A DNA stretch of 64,000 bases from Adineta vaga (Eukaryota; Animalia; Rotifera). Below the pieces are notes generated by a model. The model made no database searches, had not been told where the DNA came from, and was given only the letters and a program-made list of their open reading frames with translations. The position numbers and the translations under genes were made by a program. Positions 1 to 12,749 of this stretch are shown here, one piece after another. The stretch spans positions 12,896,001 through 12,960,000 of the forward strand of contig CP075492.1 of assembly GCA_021613535.1 (NCBI GenBank), written 5' to 3'. Numbering within the stretch: the stretch's first letter is position 1; every line of letters starts with the position of its first letter.

Positions 1-469
1 GATCGTCTAAATATTGTTCTAAAAATGATAACATATCTTGATTATGATTAGACAATAATTCTTCAATCGGATCGTGAAGACAACTATTGACTTCATTTTG
101 TAGATTCTGTTTTTTTTCTTGAAGTTGTTGAAGATAACTTTGTAGACTTGTATGTTCACCTTCGAGTTCTTTCAATTTTTGATCAAGTTCTTCTTCAATT
201 AGTTGTCGTCGTTCCTTTAATTTTCGTGCAGCTTCACGATTCTTTTCGCGTCTTTGTTCGCGTTTAATTGCTTCATCACCACTAAGAACGAGATGTTTTG
301 ATCGACGACCAGTTGCAATTGTTGGAGCTGGTCTACGTATTTGTCGAATCTTTATTGGACCATATTCTACGGTATTAGAATTCGTCGCAAATGCTTCACT
401 GTCATTTGAATCGATTGATGAAATTGAATGTTGTGTTGAATATGCATTAAATGAGTTGCTTGGGAACAT
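1..469 (-). CDS. bZIP transcription factor, tandem copy 1 (3' end runs off the window)
   Basis: Not in the ORF track. Manual translation from ATG 469 gives MFPSNSF...VEYGPIKIRQIRRPAPTIATGRRSKHLVLSGDEAIKREQRREKNREAARKLKERRQLIEEELDQKLKELEGEHTSLQSYLQQL, open to the window edge. Basic region plus leucine heptads; paralogous to the next three ORFs. Confidence 0.92.
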   Translation of the reverse strand, partial: MFPSNSFNAYSTQHSISSIDSNDSEAFATNSNTVEYGPIKIRQIRRPAPTIATGRRSKHLVLSGDEAIKREQRREKNREAARKLKERRQLIEEELDQKLKELEGEHTSLQSYLQQLQEKKQNLQNEVNSCLHDPIEELLSNHNQDMLSFLEQYLDD

Positions 470-532
470 GTTAAATAATTCGTGTAAATGATATGAAAAT
501 CAAAGAAACACCGGCGCATTTATATATTTCGT

Positions 533-542
533 CTGACGTCAG
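533..542. promoter_or_regulatory. CRE palindrome (CTGACGTCAG) next to a TATA-like element, upstream of bZIP copy 1
   Basis: Perfect TGACGTCA at 534-541, ~65 nt upstream of the ATG. The minus strand reads TATATAAA at ~519-526. Confidence 0.6.
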
Positions 543-1561
543 CAGATAATCATAATGCGTGAAGGAACGAAAATAAAAGATATAAAATTCGGACTTGATT
601 TTGTTCGATCATCGTGACAACTAATTAGATGTCGATTAGAGTTACAAAGTATCATTTTAATGATTTTTTAACGAAGGTAAATGGAAGTACGGTATGTATA
701 TTTTTTCATTCTCTGCATCCGAAAATATGTCTGACGGTCAAGATAAACCTATGATAAATATTAATCACGTAAATTAATTAATTCTTCTTCTATTTTTTCT
801 CTTTTTTAATCATTATGAATATGTTCTTTAAGTTCTGGTCACAATGAATAAGAGTATATTAATAAGAATGACAAATCATGAAAACGTAGGAGGGGTGAAA
901 ATCGTCAAGCTATATTTGCATTTTAAGAAGAAAAAAACTTGTCTTGATGCATAAATGACGACCATTCAAATTGAATTTTGAACAATATACAAAGTTTCGA
1001 TACGTGATTCTTTTCAGCGCGTGAGATCGAATGTAAATGAAATATTCACTGCTTAAATATGAGGTAAATAGGTTGATTAAATTTGTTACAGCTTAGTTTG
1101 AAATATAAGTGATATGATAACCTTCAGTTGATGACTGATCGAATCATTGAAAGAATATTAAAATATTTAATGTGTTTTTTGACATTTTCTCTAATTTATA
1201 CTAAAATATTAACCCTTCTTTTTCTCTTTTTTTTTATTTTTTTTTTATATCTTGTCACCTGTCGATATCGATTTTATCGCTCATATTCGTGAAAAATCAC
1301 TAAGATTTAAATGAAATATTTTATCTTCTAATTAGCAAGAAACAGATAGGTCATTCTGATCCGAAAATCGATATGTACTCAAGAAGGCCCACAATAACAT
1401 ATAAACATATCTACGAAAGAAACAAATTGTTGCAAATGTGGATCCACATTTTCAAGTATATGTAGACTCTTAGGAACATAAAAAATATATGCAAAATGAT
1501 TCAATGGTATCTATCCAATAATTCCTGAAGCATTATTCTATGAATTTTCATTCAAAACGGA

Positions 1562-1665
1562 TTTAGTGAGAAATGTCGAAAAAAGTAAAAGAAAACTTCC
1601 TTATATGAATATTTTCTTTATCTTTTTTCGACATCTTCCTATTCGGCGTTTTTCTTTTCACTAAA
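1562..1665. repeat. Nested inverted repeat / hairpin
   Basis: 1573-1595 (ATGTCGAAAAAAGTAAAAGAAAA) pairs with 1612-1634 (reverse complement ATGTCGAAAAAAGATAAAGAAAA). An outer pair is TTTAGTGA 1562-1569 / TCACTAAA 1658-1665. Confidence 0.7.
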
Positions 1666-1987
1666 AAATGTCATTCGCCCAATATCATATCACATCAACT
1701 CACAAATGGATAAAAACTTAATAAGATTTAATTCTTCTATATGTGCATATAAACGATGTTATCGACACCAAAGTTCGATTGCTATCGTTCTTTCTCAACT
1801 CATCGCTGTAGAAACAAAAAATACAGGTAAGTAACTATACTGATCAAAATCTTTAGATTTATTTAATAAAATTACATTGAAGAATAATATTCTTTTTTTA
1901 TAATAACTATTTATTCTCAAAAAAGTATGCAAAAAGAACAAATTATTCATTTACATGAGTACGATAAGAAAAAATGAATATCGAATC

Positions 1988-2503
1988 TTAATTACGCTGT
2001 GTAGAATCGTGATGAATGTTTAAATCGAAAAGTAGAGTCTTTTCAATGGATTCATCGAGAAAATCGCAATTATCGGAACATTGTTCGAAAAATAATACCG
2101 TATTTTTATTTATATTTGATAGTAATGCATCTAGAGGATCAACAGGAATGTTATTAATTTCTTCTTCTAAAAGTTGTTTTTTATGTTGAAGCTTCGCAAG
2201 GCAATCTTGAAGATCAGAATTTTCACCTTTCAATTCTTTCAATTTTTGATCAAGCTCTTCTTCAATTAATTGTCGTCGCTCCTTTAATTTCCGTGCAGCT
2301 TCACGATTCTTTTCGCGTCTCTGTTCGCGTTTAATTGCTTCATCACCACTAAGAACGAGATGTTTTGATCGACGACCAGTAGCTATTGTGGGAGCCGGTT
2401 TTCGACATTGACGAATTCGAATTGGCCCATATTCAACCACACTTTTCGCCGAAGATGATTCATGTTCAGTGGATTCTGCACAAGTATGGTTAAGTTCAGA
2501 CAT
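1988..2503 (-). CDS. bZIP transcription factor, tandem copy 2
   Basis: Intronless ORF. The first in-frame ATG is 2503 (the track start at 2533 is TTG). Basic region REKNREAARKLKERR followed by a leucine zipper. Confidence 0.92.
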   Translation of the reverse strand: MSELNHTCAESTEHESSSAKSVVEYGPIRIRQCRKPAPTIATGRRSKHLVLSGDEAIKREQRREKNREAARKLKERRQLIEEELDQKLKELKGENSDLQDCLAKLQHKKQLLEEEINNIPVDPLDALLSNINKNTVLFFEQCSDNCDFLDESIEKTLLFDLNIHHDSTQRN

Positions 2504-5443
2504 AATGCTCAATGATGAAAATGCACTACACAATTTTAATAGATATCAATGCATTTATATGAATATTTTCAGTCTAAATATGAGTTGTCCTTGACGCATA
2601 AAATAATAAAAATAAATAACTATAAGTTGGCCTACACTTTCGTAATACTTACGTTTGCAGTTGGTATGATTGTATATATATATATGTATATGAAGGACAA
2701 ATAGATAGTTTATTACAGATGAAGGGTATTTTTTTTTTGAATGTATTTTAGAGGATAATTTTGAAGATGAGACAGATTGTTCGTGTACCTAATGATACGT
2801 CTTGTGATCGAGATATATTTATGGAGATGTGCTTATCAAACGTTTATAACTCGGTTAAATAATGTATGAAGGTGACCGTCTTACTTTAATTATATCCAAT
2901 TGAAATTATAGAAATCGTATTTCAATAAGAACTTTTTAAATGGTTACGTTCAGTCAAGGAAAATATAAAAAAGTTAACTTGATCGAAAATAGTTTATGGG
3001 TGATTTCTTATGTTTTATCTATAAAAGTTCTTATATAGATCTTTATGTAACAGGAAGAATATCGCATAGTATACAAGAAAATAATTCACCTCTAATCAGT
3101 CGTGTCACTGTTGTACAATCGATTTGAATAATGTATACCATTATGGTTATATCTTGTTAGACAATGGAAATAATTCTTTACCACATAAAGATTTAAGCGT
3201 AAAACAGAGGTGGAAAAGACCTTATCCAAACTGCATCACTATTTATCGTATAGTTACAGATTTGACTTCAATAATATCGATGGGATTATGGTCAATGAGA
3301 TACCATAGACTTTATGAGTAGTTAAATACAAGAGCAACATTGATATGAATAACAAGAAGAAAACTGGCGGTATAAATGTTATTTAGTTTGAGAATAAAAA
3401 GTACATCGATGAATGGACCGTCTGACATTACGCAAATGACATGTAAATGAAAGAAACGACTTTAAGTTCATAAATAGACCAATCGTAACGATAGATTTAT
3501 TCATCGAATGATTGTAATGATACAGTGTCATTCATTCATGCGAATAAATCCTTCTCTTTCGACATATGGAAGACAGAATGGAAAGAATACTACTCGTCTT
3601 TCTAATCTATGTTCAATCGAAAATCAATATCGTTAAGCGTATGTTCAGTTTTTGAGCGTATCGGACACATTCTTCTTCTCTTTTTCAATATGTGTAATGA
3701 ACGATTGTATCATTGAAAGTGACATTATACGCGCATTACATAAAAGATCCTAGAATTGTAACGAGAACTATATCTGAACGAAAATAATTCATTTTAATGA
3801 ATAAAAAACGAAATATACGCCGTTTGAAAATAGAGAAAGATCAAGGATGAAATTCATCGTTCCTGTTAGTATCCGATAGTAATTTAGAAAGTAATAAATA
3901 TCTTAATAAAAAGATTAATCGAACTTCAAATTATTTACAAAAATAGTTTCATAATTTTACACTCTCGAGTATCTGTGTAGCGACATTCTATTCCGTGTGT
4001 TAGAATAATCTTAAAATATAAACTTGAACAATGAGAATTTCTACTTTTCGACATATGTATCCTTTCAATTGCGAATACTTTGATTAATTAGTTATTATTA
4101 CATATTAGATTATGAGTTTGTTTTGTCTAGTGATAATCTATGTAAAAATAAATTTATGAAAAATATGATTAGAATCTATTTTTTCAAGAAAATCAGCAAA
4201 ATCCGGTTAAATTTCATCCATTAATCGATTTTAAAGGATTTTGGAAATTTTATTCGATTAAAACCTATTACAGCATCGAAAATAATCGATTTGAATTGCA
4301 TTTTCTCGTGTGCTGAACCATTGCACACACTTCTAGCGATAATATCGCTTGATATTCATCCACACATGGATAGATTATAATAATAATCGTAGCTCATTTC
4401 AAACTATGAATATAAGATTTATTTGATGAATTACTCTATATGATACTTTTATATATAAATATATATAGTGACCACGAAGTGAGAATCAAAATGGAAGATT
4501 TATTTATCTGAACGTTCAAACGATATGTTTGTGCTATGACTCTAAAAGATAATGCAAGTATAAACTCAAATGGTGAAAATACATGATTATTGTGGTTTTG
4601 AAATACTGAATTATAACTCGTATCGATTAACTAATTACAAAAATCGATGGAGAAGTATAAAATTGTAAGTGCTTGTTTATTTAATTATGAATATCATAGT
4701 TAACTTCGAAACTGATGTCCTCACTATGTCCTTTTTTCATCCTTTATCTTACAAGATAAAGTCATGTTGATCATGTCAATCTATTCGTTATTGGGAAACT
4801 TTTTCCAATTTGACAAACTTCCTTTGACCTCAAAATTTGTTTTTAATGAAAATAGTATTGACTGATTTATGGACCAATACATCGAAAAAGAAAGGTCGTC
4901 GTATTCTTCTGTTTTCTCGATTACGAGTCATCTCATATCTAGACATGACAAAAACAGAATTATTCACTTTCTAAACTTGTTATTTAATTATTAAAAGAAC
5001 AGATTTATTCATGACACTGATATTTACTCATTTTTGATTGAAATATGACAAAACTCGAAAGTTAGAAATCCTATTTTAGCTTTCATCCTGTTATTTCACA
5101 TAATACGTGTATTTTATCAAGAAAACAAGAAGTATAATTCAATTTCGTTTTTGTCAACTCATCAAAAGTGTAATACATGTTGACAAGTGTTATCGTCATT
5201 CAACTGTAAATCACATTAAAAAACCATATAGGTAAATGTCGAATGGTATACGTAAACTAATTGAATATAATCATTATCTGATTAACTTATCAAATGAATG
5301 AAATTAAATAGACAGATTTTGATTAAACACAATATTTGTACGTAAAAGTTATCATTGGTGAAAATAAATCACATTAGAAAAAGAATGTCACGTTTTTTGC
5401 CTTTTCAAAGAATATTAATATAGATTAGAAAAAGAAATAACAA

Positions 5444-5893
5444 TCAAATTACAAGTGGTTCATCAAAGACATTTGGATGATGTAAATATTCTTTAAAAAA
5501 TGATGATAAATCTTGATCATTATTGAATAATAGATTATCTAAGGAATCAGTTTTTGATATCTTTGTCATTTCTTGTTCTAATGATTGTTTTTTATGTTGA
5601 AGTTGTCCGAGATAAGTTTCCAGATGAGAATTTTCTCCTTCTAAGGTTTTTAATTGATGAGCCAGTTCGTCTTCAATCAATTGCCGTTTTTCTTTCAGTT
5701 TACGAGCAGCTTCGCGATTTTTTACGCGTCTTTGTTCACGTTTAATCGCTTCATCACCACTAAGAACAAGGTGTTTTGGTCGACGACCAGTTGCAATTGT
5801 TGGAGCTGGTTTACGTATTTGACGAATTTTTACTGGACCATATTCCATTATATTTTTCGCTATAGATGATGTCTTATCGACATTCGCTTGCAA
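5444..5893 (-). CDS. bZIP transcription factor, tandem copy 3 (start uncertain: TTG 5893 or ATG 5848)
   Basis: YGPVKIRQIRKPAPTIATGRR...RVKNREAARKLKEKR followed by a zipper. Confidence 0.88.
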   Translation of the reverse strand: MQANVDKTSSIAKNIMEYGPVKIRQIRKPAPTIATGRRPKHLVLSGDEAIKREQRRVKNREAARKLKEKRQLIEDELAHQLKTLEGENSHLETYLGQLQHKKQSLEQEMTKISKTDSLDNLLFNNDQDLSSFFKEYLHHPNVFDEPLVI

Positions 5894-6915
5894 TGATGAT
5901 CATGTAGTATAGTATCTCTTATATCAACAAAATACACTTTTGTTTATGCGCATGATTAATCGCAGTTATGAAGAAGAAAGTCGATTATTATACGTATTGA
6001 AATCGAAGATAATCACATATGTATAAACATCCTTCGTCATGTCAGTACGTTCGAACGACTCGAAGGGCAAATCCTAAGTATAAGTTAGGAAGACATTCAT
6101 TTGTTTGATAATAAGCGTAACGTATTATATAGATATTTACATGACAGAAATGTATAGCCAGACTATCACTTGAAAAGGAAGAGGTGTTCTAGTATAACTT
6201 AATTAACGTTAGATTAAATATATGAGATAGTACAGTTTTACTCTTTTCTATTTCATGATTATCGAAAATAAATTTAACGGTCATGATAAACTTATATATC
6301 GAAAATTTGACAAGGTTATTCTTATAATCGTGTTCGTTCATCGATATCATTCGATTACCCCATTCAGCTGAGTAATAACATCGAGACGAGAGAGAGAAAG
6401 AGATAGTATTGATGGTTTTAAAAAACGAAAGTATATGTAAAGAAGAATAAAGAATTACATTCTATCTCGTTTTTCGTGCATAGAACTGAACATAATTGTA
6501 GCATCGATTGTTATATTGATGATATTTTTAATTTTAATTATACTCTGTCAATGACAATTTGTTATGGAGATAAAGATAATTTTACAGTTAAATCAAGGAC
6601 TAAGAGAAGACATAATATGAAAATACGTTTGATATGGCGTGTCATAGCGAGTTAGAGACATGGATGTTCAAATTAAATCGTATGAAAATAAGCAGTGTAC
6701 GGTTCCCTGTCAATGACAAATTCAAAATGAATTCTTTCATTTAAATAGTATACTTAAGTTTCAAATCACCAAGATTTGACATATAACACGAATCTTTCTA
6801 TTCGAGATATTTATATATATATATATATTAACGTAAATTGAAATTTATATGTAATTTAAACATTTTTATTACAAACAAAAAAAAGAGAACTATACATAAA
6901 AATAAACAAACTATG

Positions 6916-7398
6916 TTAAGAGAAATTTGAATAAGTAGTATTTGAATTGAAATTTAGAATACTTTCAATAGATTCATCAAATAAATCTTCGTCATCATCC
7001 AAGTTTAAAGATGCATATAGATCTTCATAATCCTCTGCTGTTAGATCATCTAATGAAATAATACCAAGATCATTGACTTCTTTCTGTAAAGTTTCTTTGG
7101 TTTGTTGAAGTCTATGAAGGTAAATTTGTAGATTTGAATGTTCATTTTCGAGTGTTTTCAATTGATGATCAAGTTCTACTTCAACTGATTGACGTTTTTC
7201 TTTGATTTTTCGAGCTGCTTCACGATTTCTTTGCCGTTTCTTTTCACGTTTCATGGCTTCATCACCGTCGAGAACAAGATCTCTTGGTCGACGACCAGTA
7301 GCGATTGTTGGTACTTGTTTTTCATATGAACGAACTTGAATTGGGCCATATTGAAGCACTCTATTAGATGAAGAGACTTGTGTATCGTTCGATTGCAT
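6916..7398 (-). CDS. bZIP transcription factor, tandem copy 4 (most divergent)
   Basis: YGPIQVR...PTIATGRRP...RQRNREAARKIKEKR, zipper and acidic tail. Confidence 0.9.
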   Translation of the reverse strand: MQSNDTQVSSSNRVLQYGPIQVRSYEKQVPTIATGRRPRDLVLDGDEAMKREKKRQRNREAARKIKEKRQSVEVELDHQLKTLENEHSNLQIYLHRLQQTKETLQKEVNDLGIISLDDLTAEDYEDLYASLNLDDDEDLFDESIESILNFNSNTTYSNFS

Positions 7399-8157
7399 TG
7401 AGACGACTTATGCTGTATTCGTAAGAATAGTTAATTGTAATTGAAATAATGTGAAAACTAAAGATTTGATTCTTCCTTATATACTAGACGAATACGGTAT
7501 CACTATGACCGTAACCTTGATACGTAAGCAAACGAACACAAACAGAGAGGGGAAGTCGACCGTATGAAAGAAAAATTATTAAATAAAAATACATAGGATT
7601 GTCAGTCTAAGGTGAGAGATATGTTAGAAATAAGATTAAAGTACTTCTTAGAAAACGGTCAAGATGAACTATTGATATGGACAGACTAATCATAAATTCC
7701 AAATATACTATTTCACGCATGATTATTCGTGTCTTGGAGACATTTTAATGTCATTTATTCAATAATCAATACAAATATTATGATAATAGTCGATGAAAAT
7801 AACAATTTTCTCTCATTATCATGTTCAGTTTATCGTATAGAAAAAAACACGCATCAAAATCACATTGACCTTTCGACTTCTAAGTAGTTTACTTGATCTA
7901 ATAATATACTAATTTAAATATTCGCTCATAGAAATGAAATCTCTTTCGATGTATTTATTAGAACCACAAAGACAATAGTTTGATGAACATGCAAAGAAAA
8001 ACTAATCACATGAAAATGAAAACTGGTTATACAAAGAAGAAAAAAAAGAAAAAATCGTGATGGTTGAATGAAAACTACAAATATTTATGTATGATTTTTC
8101 GATCATATACAAACGAAAAACAAATCTCTTATCACAAGTAATTGGTTTTGCTTGTTT

Positions 8158-9825
<1,668 letters not shown>

Positions 9826-10543
9826 CGAGATAGAATATTTGACCGATGATAGTAAGAATAATAATGATTTCTATATATAGGGAAAGAAAAACCAATCAAT
9901 TTCTTTGTCTTTCACTGTGGAAACGATTCTAATGGAAGAAAATGACGTAGTAAACCTTATTATTTGTTTTCTTACTACAAAATCAATCATTCTGACGTGT
10001 AATAACGTTATTCACCTTTTGTTTTGAAAGACTCATGTTTTCCGTGTATTTCGGCGAATATTGCACAAGAGGAAAGAAAATTATAATTTAACATCGTAAA
10101 AGCTCGAAGTTGCATATCTTCGGGTGATCCTATCTTTGATGAGTCGCTGAAACGAATAACTATGCGAAAGAAAAACAACAAAAAACCGGTTATATATCAA
10201 GTCGAGGTGTTTTTCTTTTATCACAAGAAAAAGAACACACACGCCCTTGTATTTCTTCGACTGGCATCTCGAAAAAAACAATCAGAAGACTCTGCTAAAT
10301 CAAACTCTGTTTGATTGGTCTTTTTGAAAATTGTTATGTAGTTGTAATAATACATTAAACAAAGTAAATCATTAACCAATTAGATATGAAAGATAAACGA
10401 AAATGTTTTTAGAATCAATTAACACATCAGATAAGATCAAATTTGAATGGTAAATTTCATTATTTTCTCAATTTTTGATTAAGAATTCATGATAGAGGGC
10501 GATATTTATCGTTCAAACATAGTTGTTTCGAATGAATGTACGA

Positions 10544-11044
10544 TTAATGATCAAATCTAGATGGTTTTTTCCGAATATAACGTTTCTCATCGGATCGAGT
10601 TCGTTTTCGTTGTTCTTCTCGACGTTTAATATATTCTTCCAGTTTTTTTTCTTCTTCAGCTTGTGCTGCTTGAGCTTGTTGAAATTGTTTTCGATCAAAA
10701 AAATGATTTTGTTTACTAACATATTCACGACACGATAACATTGAATCTAATTCGGAACGAAGTTCATCATCTTGATTTCTTCGTGCTACACGTGTTATTC
10801 TAGTTGATAAAGAAGGAAATAGTTTCCTATCATTAAAATCAACATTTGGAATAGAACGACGATGATTACGAGTGATTGATTGAAGTTTTCTATCGGTCAT
10901 AAAGAAATTATTCGAATCATCAAGATTCATTTCTCGTTCACAAATAAGAATTAAATCATTATTACAAAACCATCCTGATTGTTCACAATACTCTACTTCA
11001 ATAAATGACATTTTGTTTTGTACAAACGAATAAATAGTTGTCAT
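10544..11044 (-). CDS. Hypothetical protein with charged/coiled-coil C-terminus
   Basis: Intronless ORF of ~166 aa from ATG 11044 with coding-like composition. No recognised domain. Confidence 0.6.
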   Translation of the reverse strand: MTTIYSFVQNKMSFIEVEYCEQSGWFCNNDLILICEREMNLDDSNNFFMTDRKLQSITRNHRRSIPNVDFNDRKLFPSLSTRITRVARRNQDDELRSELDSMLSCREYVSKQNHFFDRKQFQQAQAAQAEEEKKLEEYIKRREEQRKRTRSDEKRYIRKKPSRFDH

Positions 11045-11369
11045 GGAAAATGAAAGAATTAAAAATCTTTCAGTTAACTTCACATATGTTCATAAAGCAG
11101 GTATATATTGAATAAATAAATGAAGTCAACAATATATAAAGAAGAAGAAAAAAAAACAAACATCAATCTAACGAATATCATTCGAAATGTATAATACTTG
11201 AACACGGAAAAAGAAAAGAAATAAGATATGTAGATCTTATGAACTAATTTCACAAGATGAGATGTATTTTAGATCAATATACATAAACAAAACAACAACG
11301 AGAACTATCATTCAAAGGAAAGTCTAAATATATTAAAGAAAAATGAGATCTTTGTTATAGATGAGTTAT

Positions 11370-12125
11370 TTAAGCAACTGACAATGTTAATGACTTATAT
11401 GGATTTATTGATGAACTATGAAGTCCACTTGAAATACCACCATCTGCATATGGATCATCGAATAAGAGAGCTTCATCTTGATTTTCATTTAAATGAGCAC
11501 GTGAAGTTTCACCTTGTCGATGTGTACCAGATGAATGTGTATTTGGATTGTTATTTGTTGCGGAAAAAAATGGAAATCTTCCACGTTTGTTGAAATTATT
11601 CAAACCAATTGTTTGTAAGAAATTTTGAAATCGATGTCGAAGATTTAATGGTTGATGTCGCTGTTGATTTGTTACTCGATTGTATGCAACAATCATAGCT
11701 ATGATCAAACATGTTGTTAATAAACAACCAAGAAAAAGAAAAAATAAACGACGAACACCACCAACACTTTTTTGATGTGATGGTTTGACTTCATCTAAAT
11801 TATAATTCAACCTAATAAACAAGTTTATGAACAATTTATATCTTACTTTTTATAAATAAACAATTTGGATTATTCTCAGGACATGGTACTGTCGATGAAA
11901 TATCTGAAGAAGATAATAAGAATCAAATTCAAAATTTTCCATTAATTCTTACTGGTTGTTAGAGAAATTGCAACTGTTGATGTTTCATTTACATTCGTAA
12001 GATTTTGTCCTAGGAAAATTGATATGAAATCAGTTAAAAATGAGATATCAATCTATACCTTGTGTGAAATAATGATTGAATATGAATAAAATGAATAGAG
12101 CAAAAAGAGAATTTGTTAAATACAT
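11370..12125 (-). CDS. Small type I single-pass membrane protein
   Basis: Exon 1 from ATG 12125 encodes a signal peptide (MYLTNSLFALFILFIFNHYFTQG), followed by short Thr/Ser-rich exons. The last exon has a TM helix (LFFLFLGCLLTTCLIIAMIVAY) and a cytoplasmic tail (LLFDDPYADG...PYKSL). Confidence 0.72.
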
Positions 12126-12749
12126 CTTATCATCAATGATTAGATCTTGAACTTGATCTTAATCACAACGACGGAATAATGAACAATGGTGATTCATTCA
12201 TACTTAAATGGAATATCCTCTATTATCCAATGATATTGATTGTAGCGACAGGAGCAAAGGCTGATTATCGTTCTGTCATTGGATAGATTCATTCTGTACA
12301 CACATCAAATATTTGTCCTTACTCGTTCGTCATCATCATTCTTGATGAATATATATAATTCGAGGAAAAAACAAATAAAGCAAAACAGATAGATTAATAT
12401 CAAAAGCATTTGTGTATTGTGACAGCAGAGAAAAATATCACATCACACGATTGATTGAATCCATAGAAAATATGCATTTAGGTAAATATGTTGAAATGAC
12501 GGATGAATAGAGATAGGTTTGAATAATAAGAAGAGTTATTCATGATATTGTATTCATTTTCTTTCTTTTGAATAGAAATAACCTTCATATGACAGTATTT
12601 TGAAGAGGAAAGCTTTATTAAGAAAAATTAAAAAAGCACCATAACAATGAATTATGTGCAAAGAAATTTGATTTGTTTAGTAGAGAAATATTAGTAAACT
12701 AAATCGTAAAAAAATAAAGAAAGTCATAATTAAACTGTTTGTTTTGAAT

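Noticed and set aside
3124-3321. 65-aa ORF and similar short track ORFs in intergenic DNA (e.g. 10081, 16968, 19103, 19426, 24288, 33903, 35786)
   Set aside because: Many have non-ATG starts, their I/F/L/N/K-biased composition is typical of random AT-rich sequence, and they lack motifs or splice support.
6812-6828. (TA)n, (GA)n and CAA runs (also ~2674, 6388, 24916, 58960, 62079)
   Set aside because: Ordinary short microsatellites or polyQ codons, with no higher-order structure.
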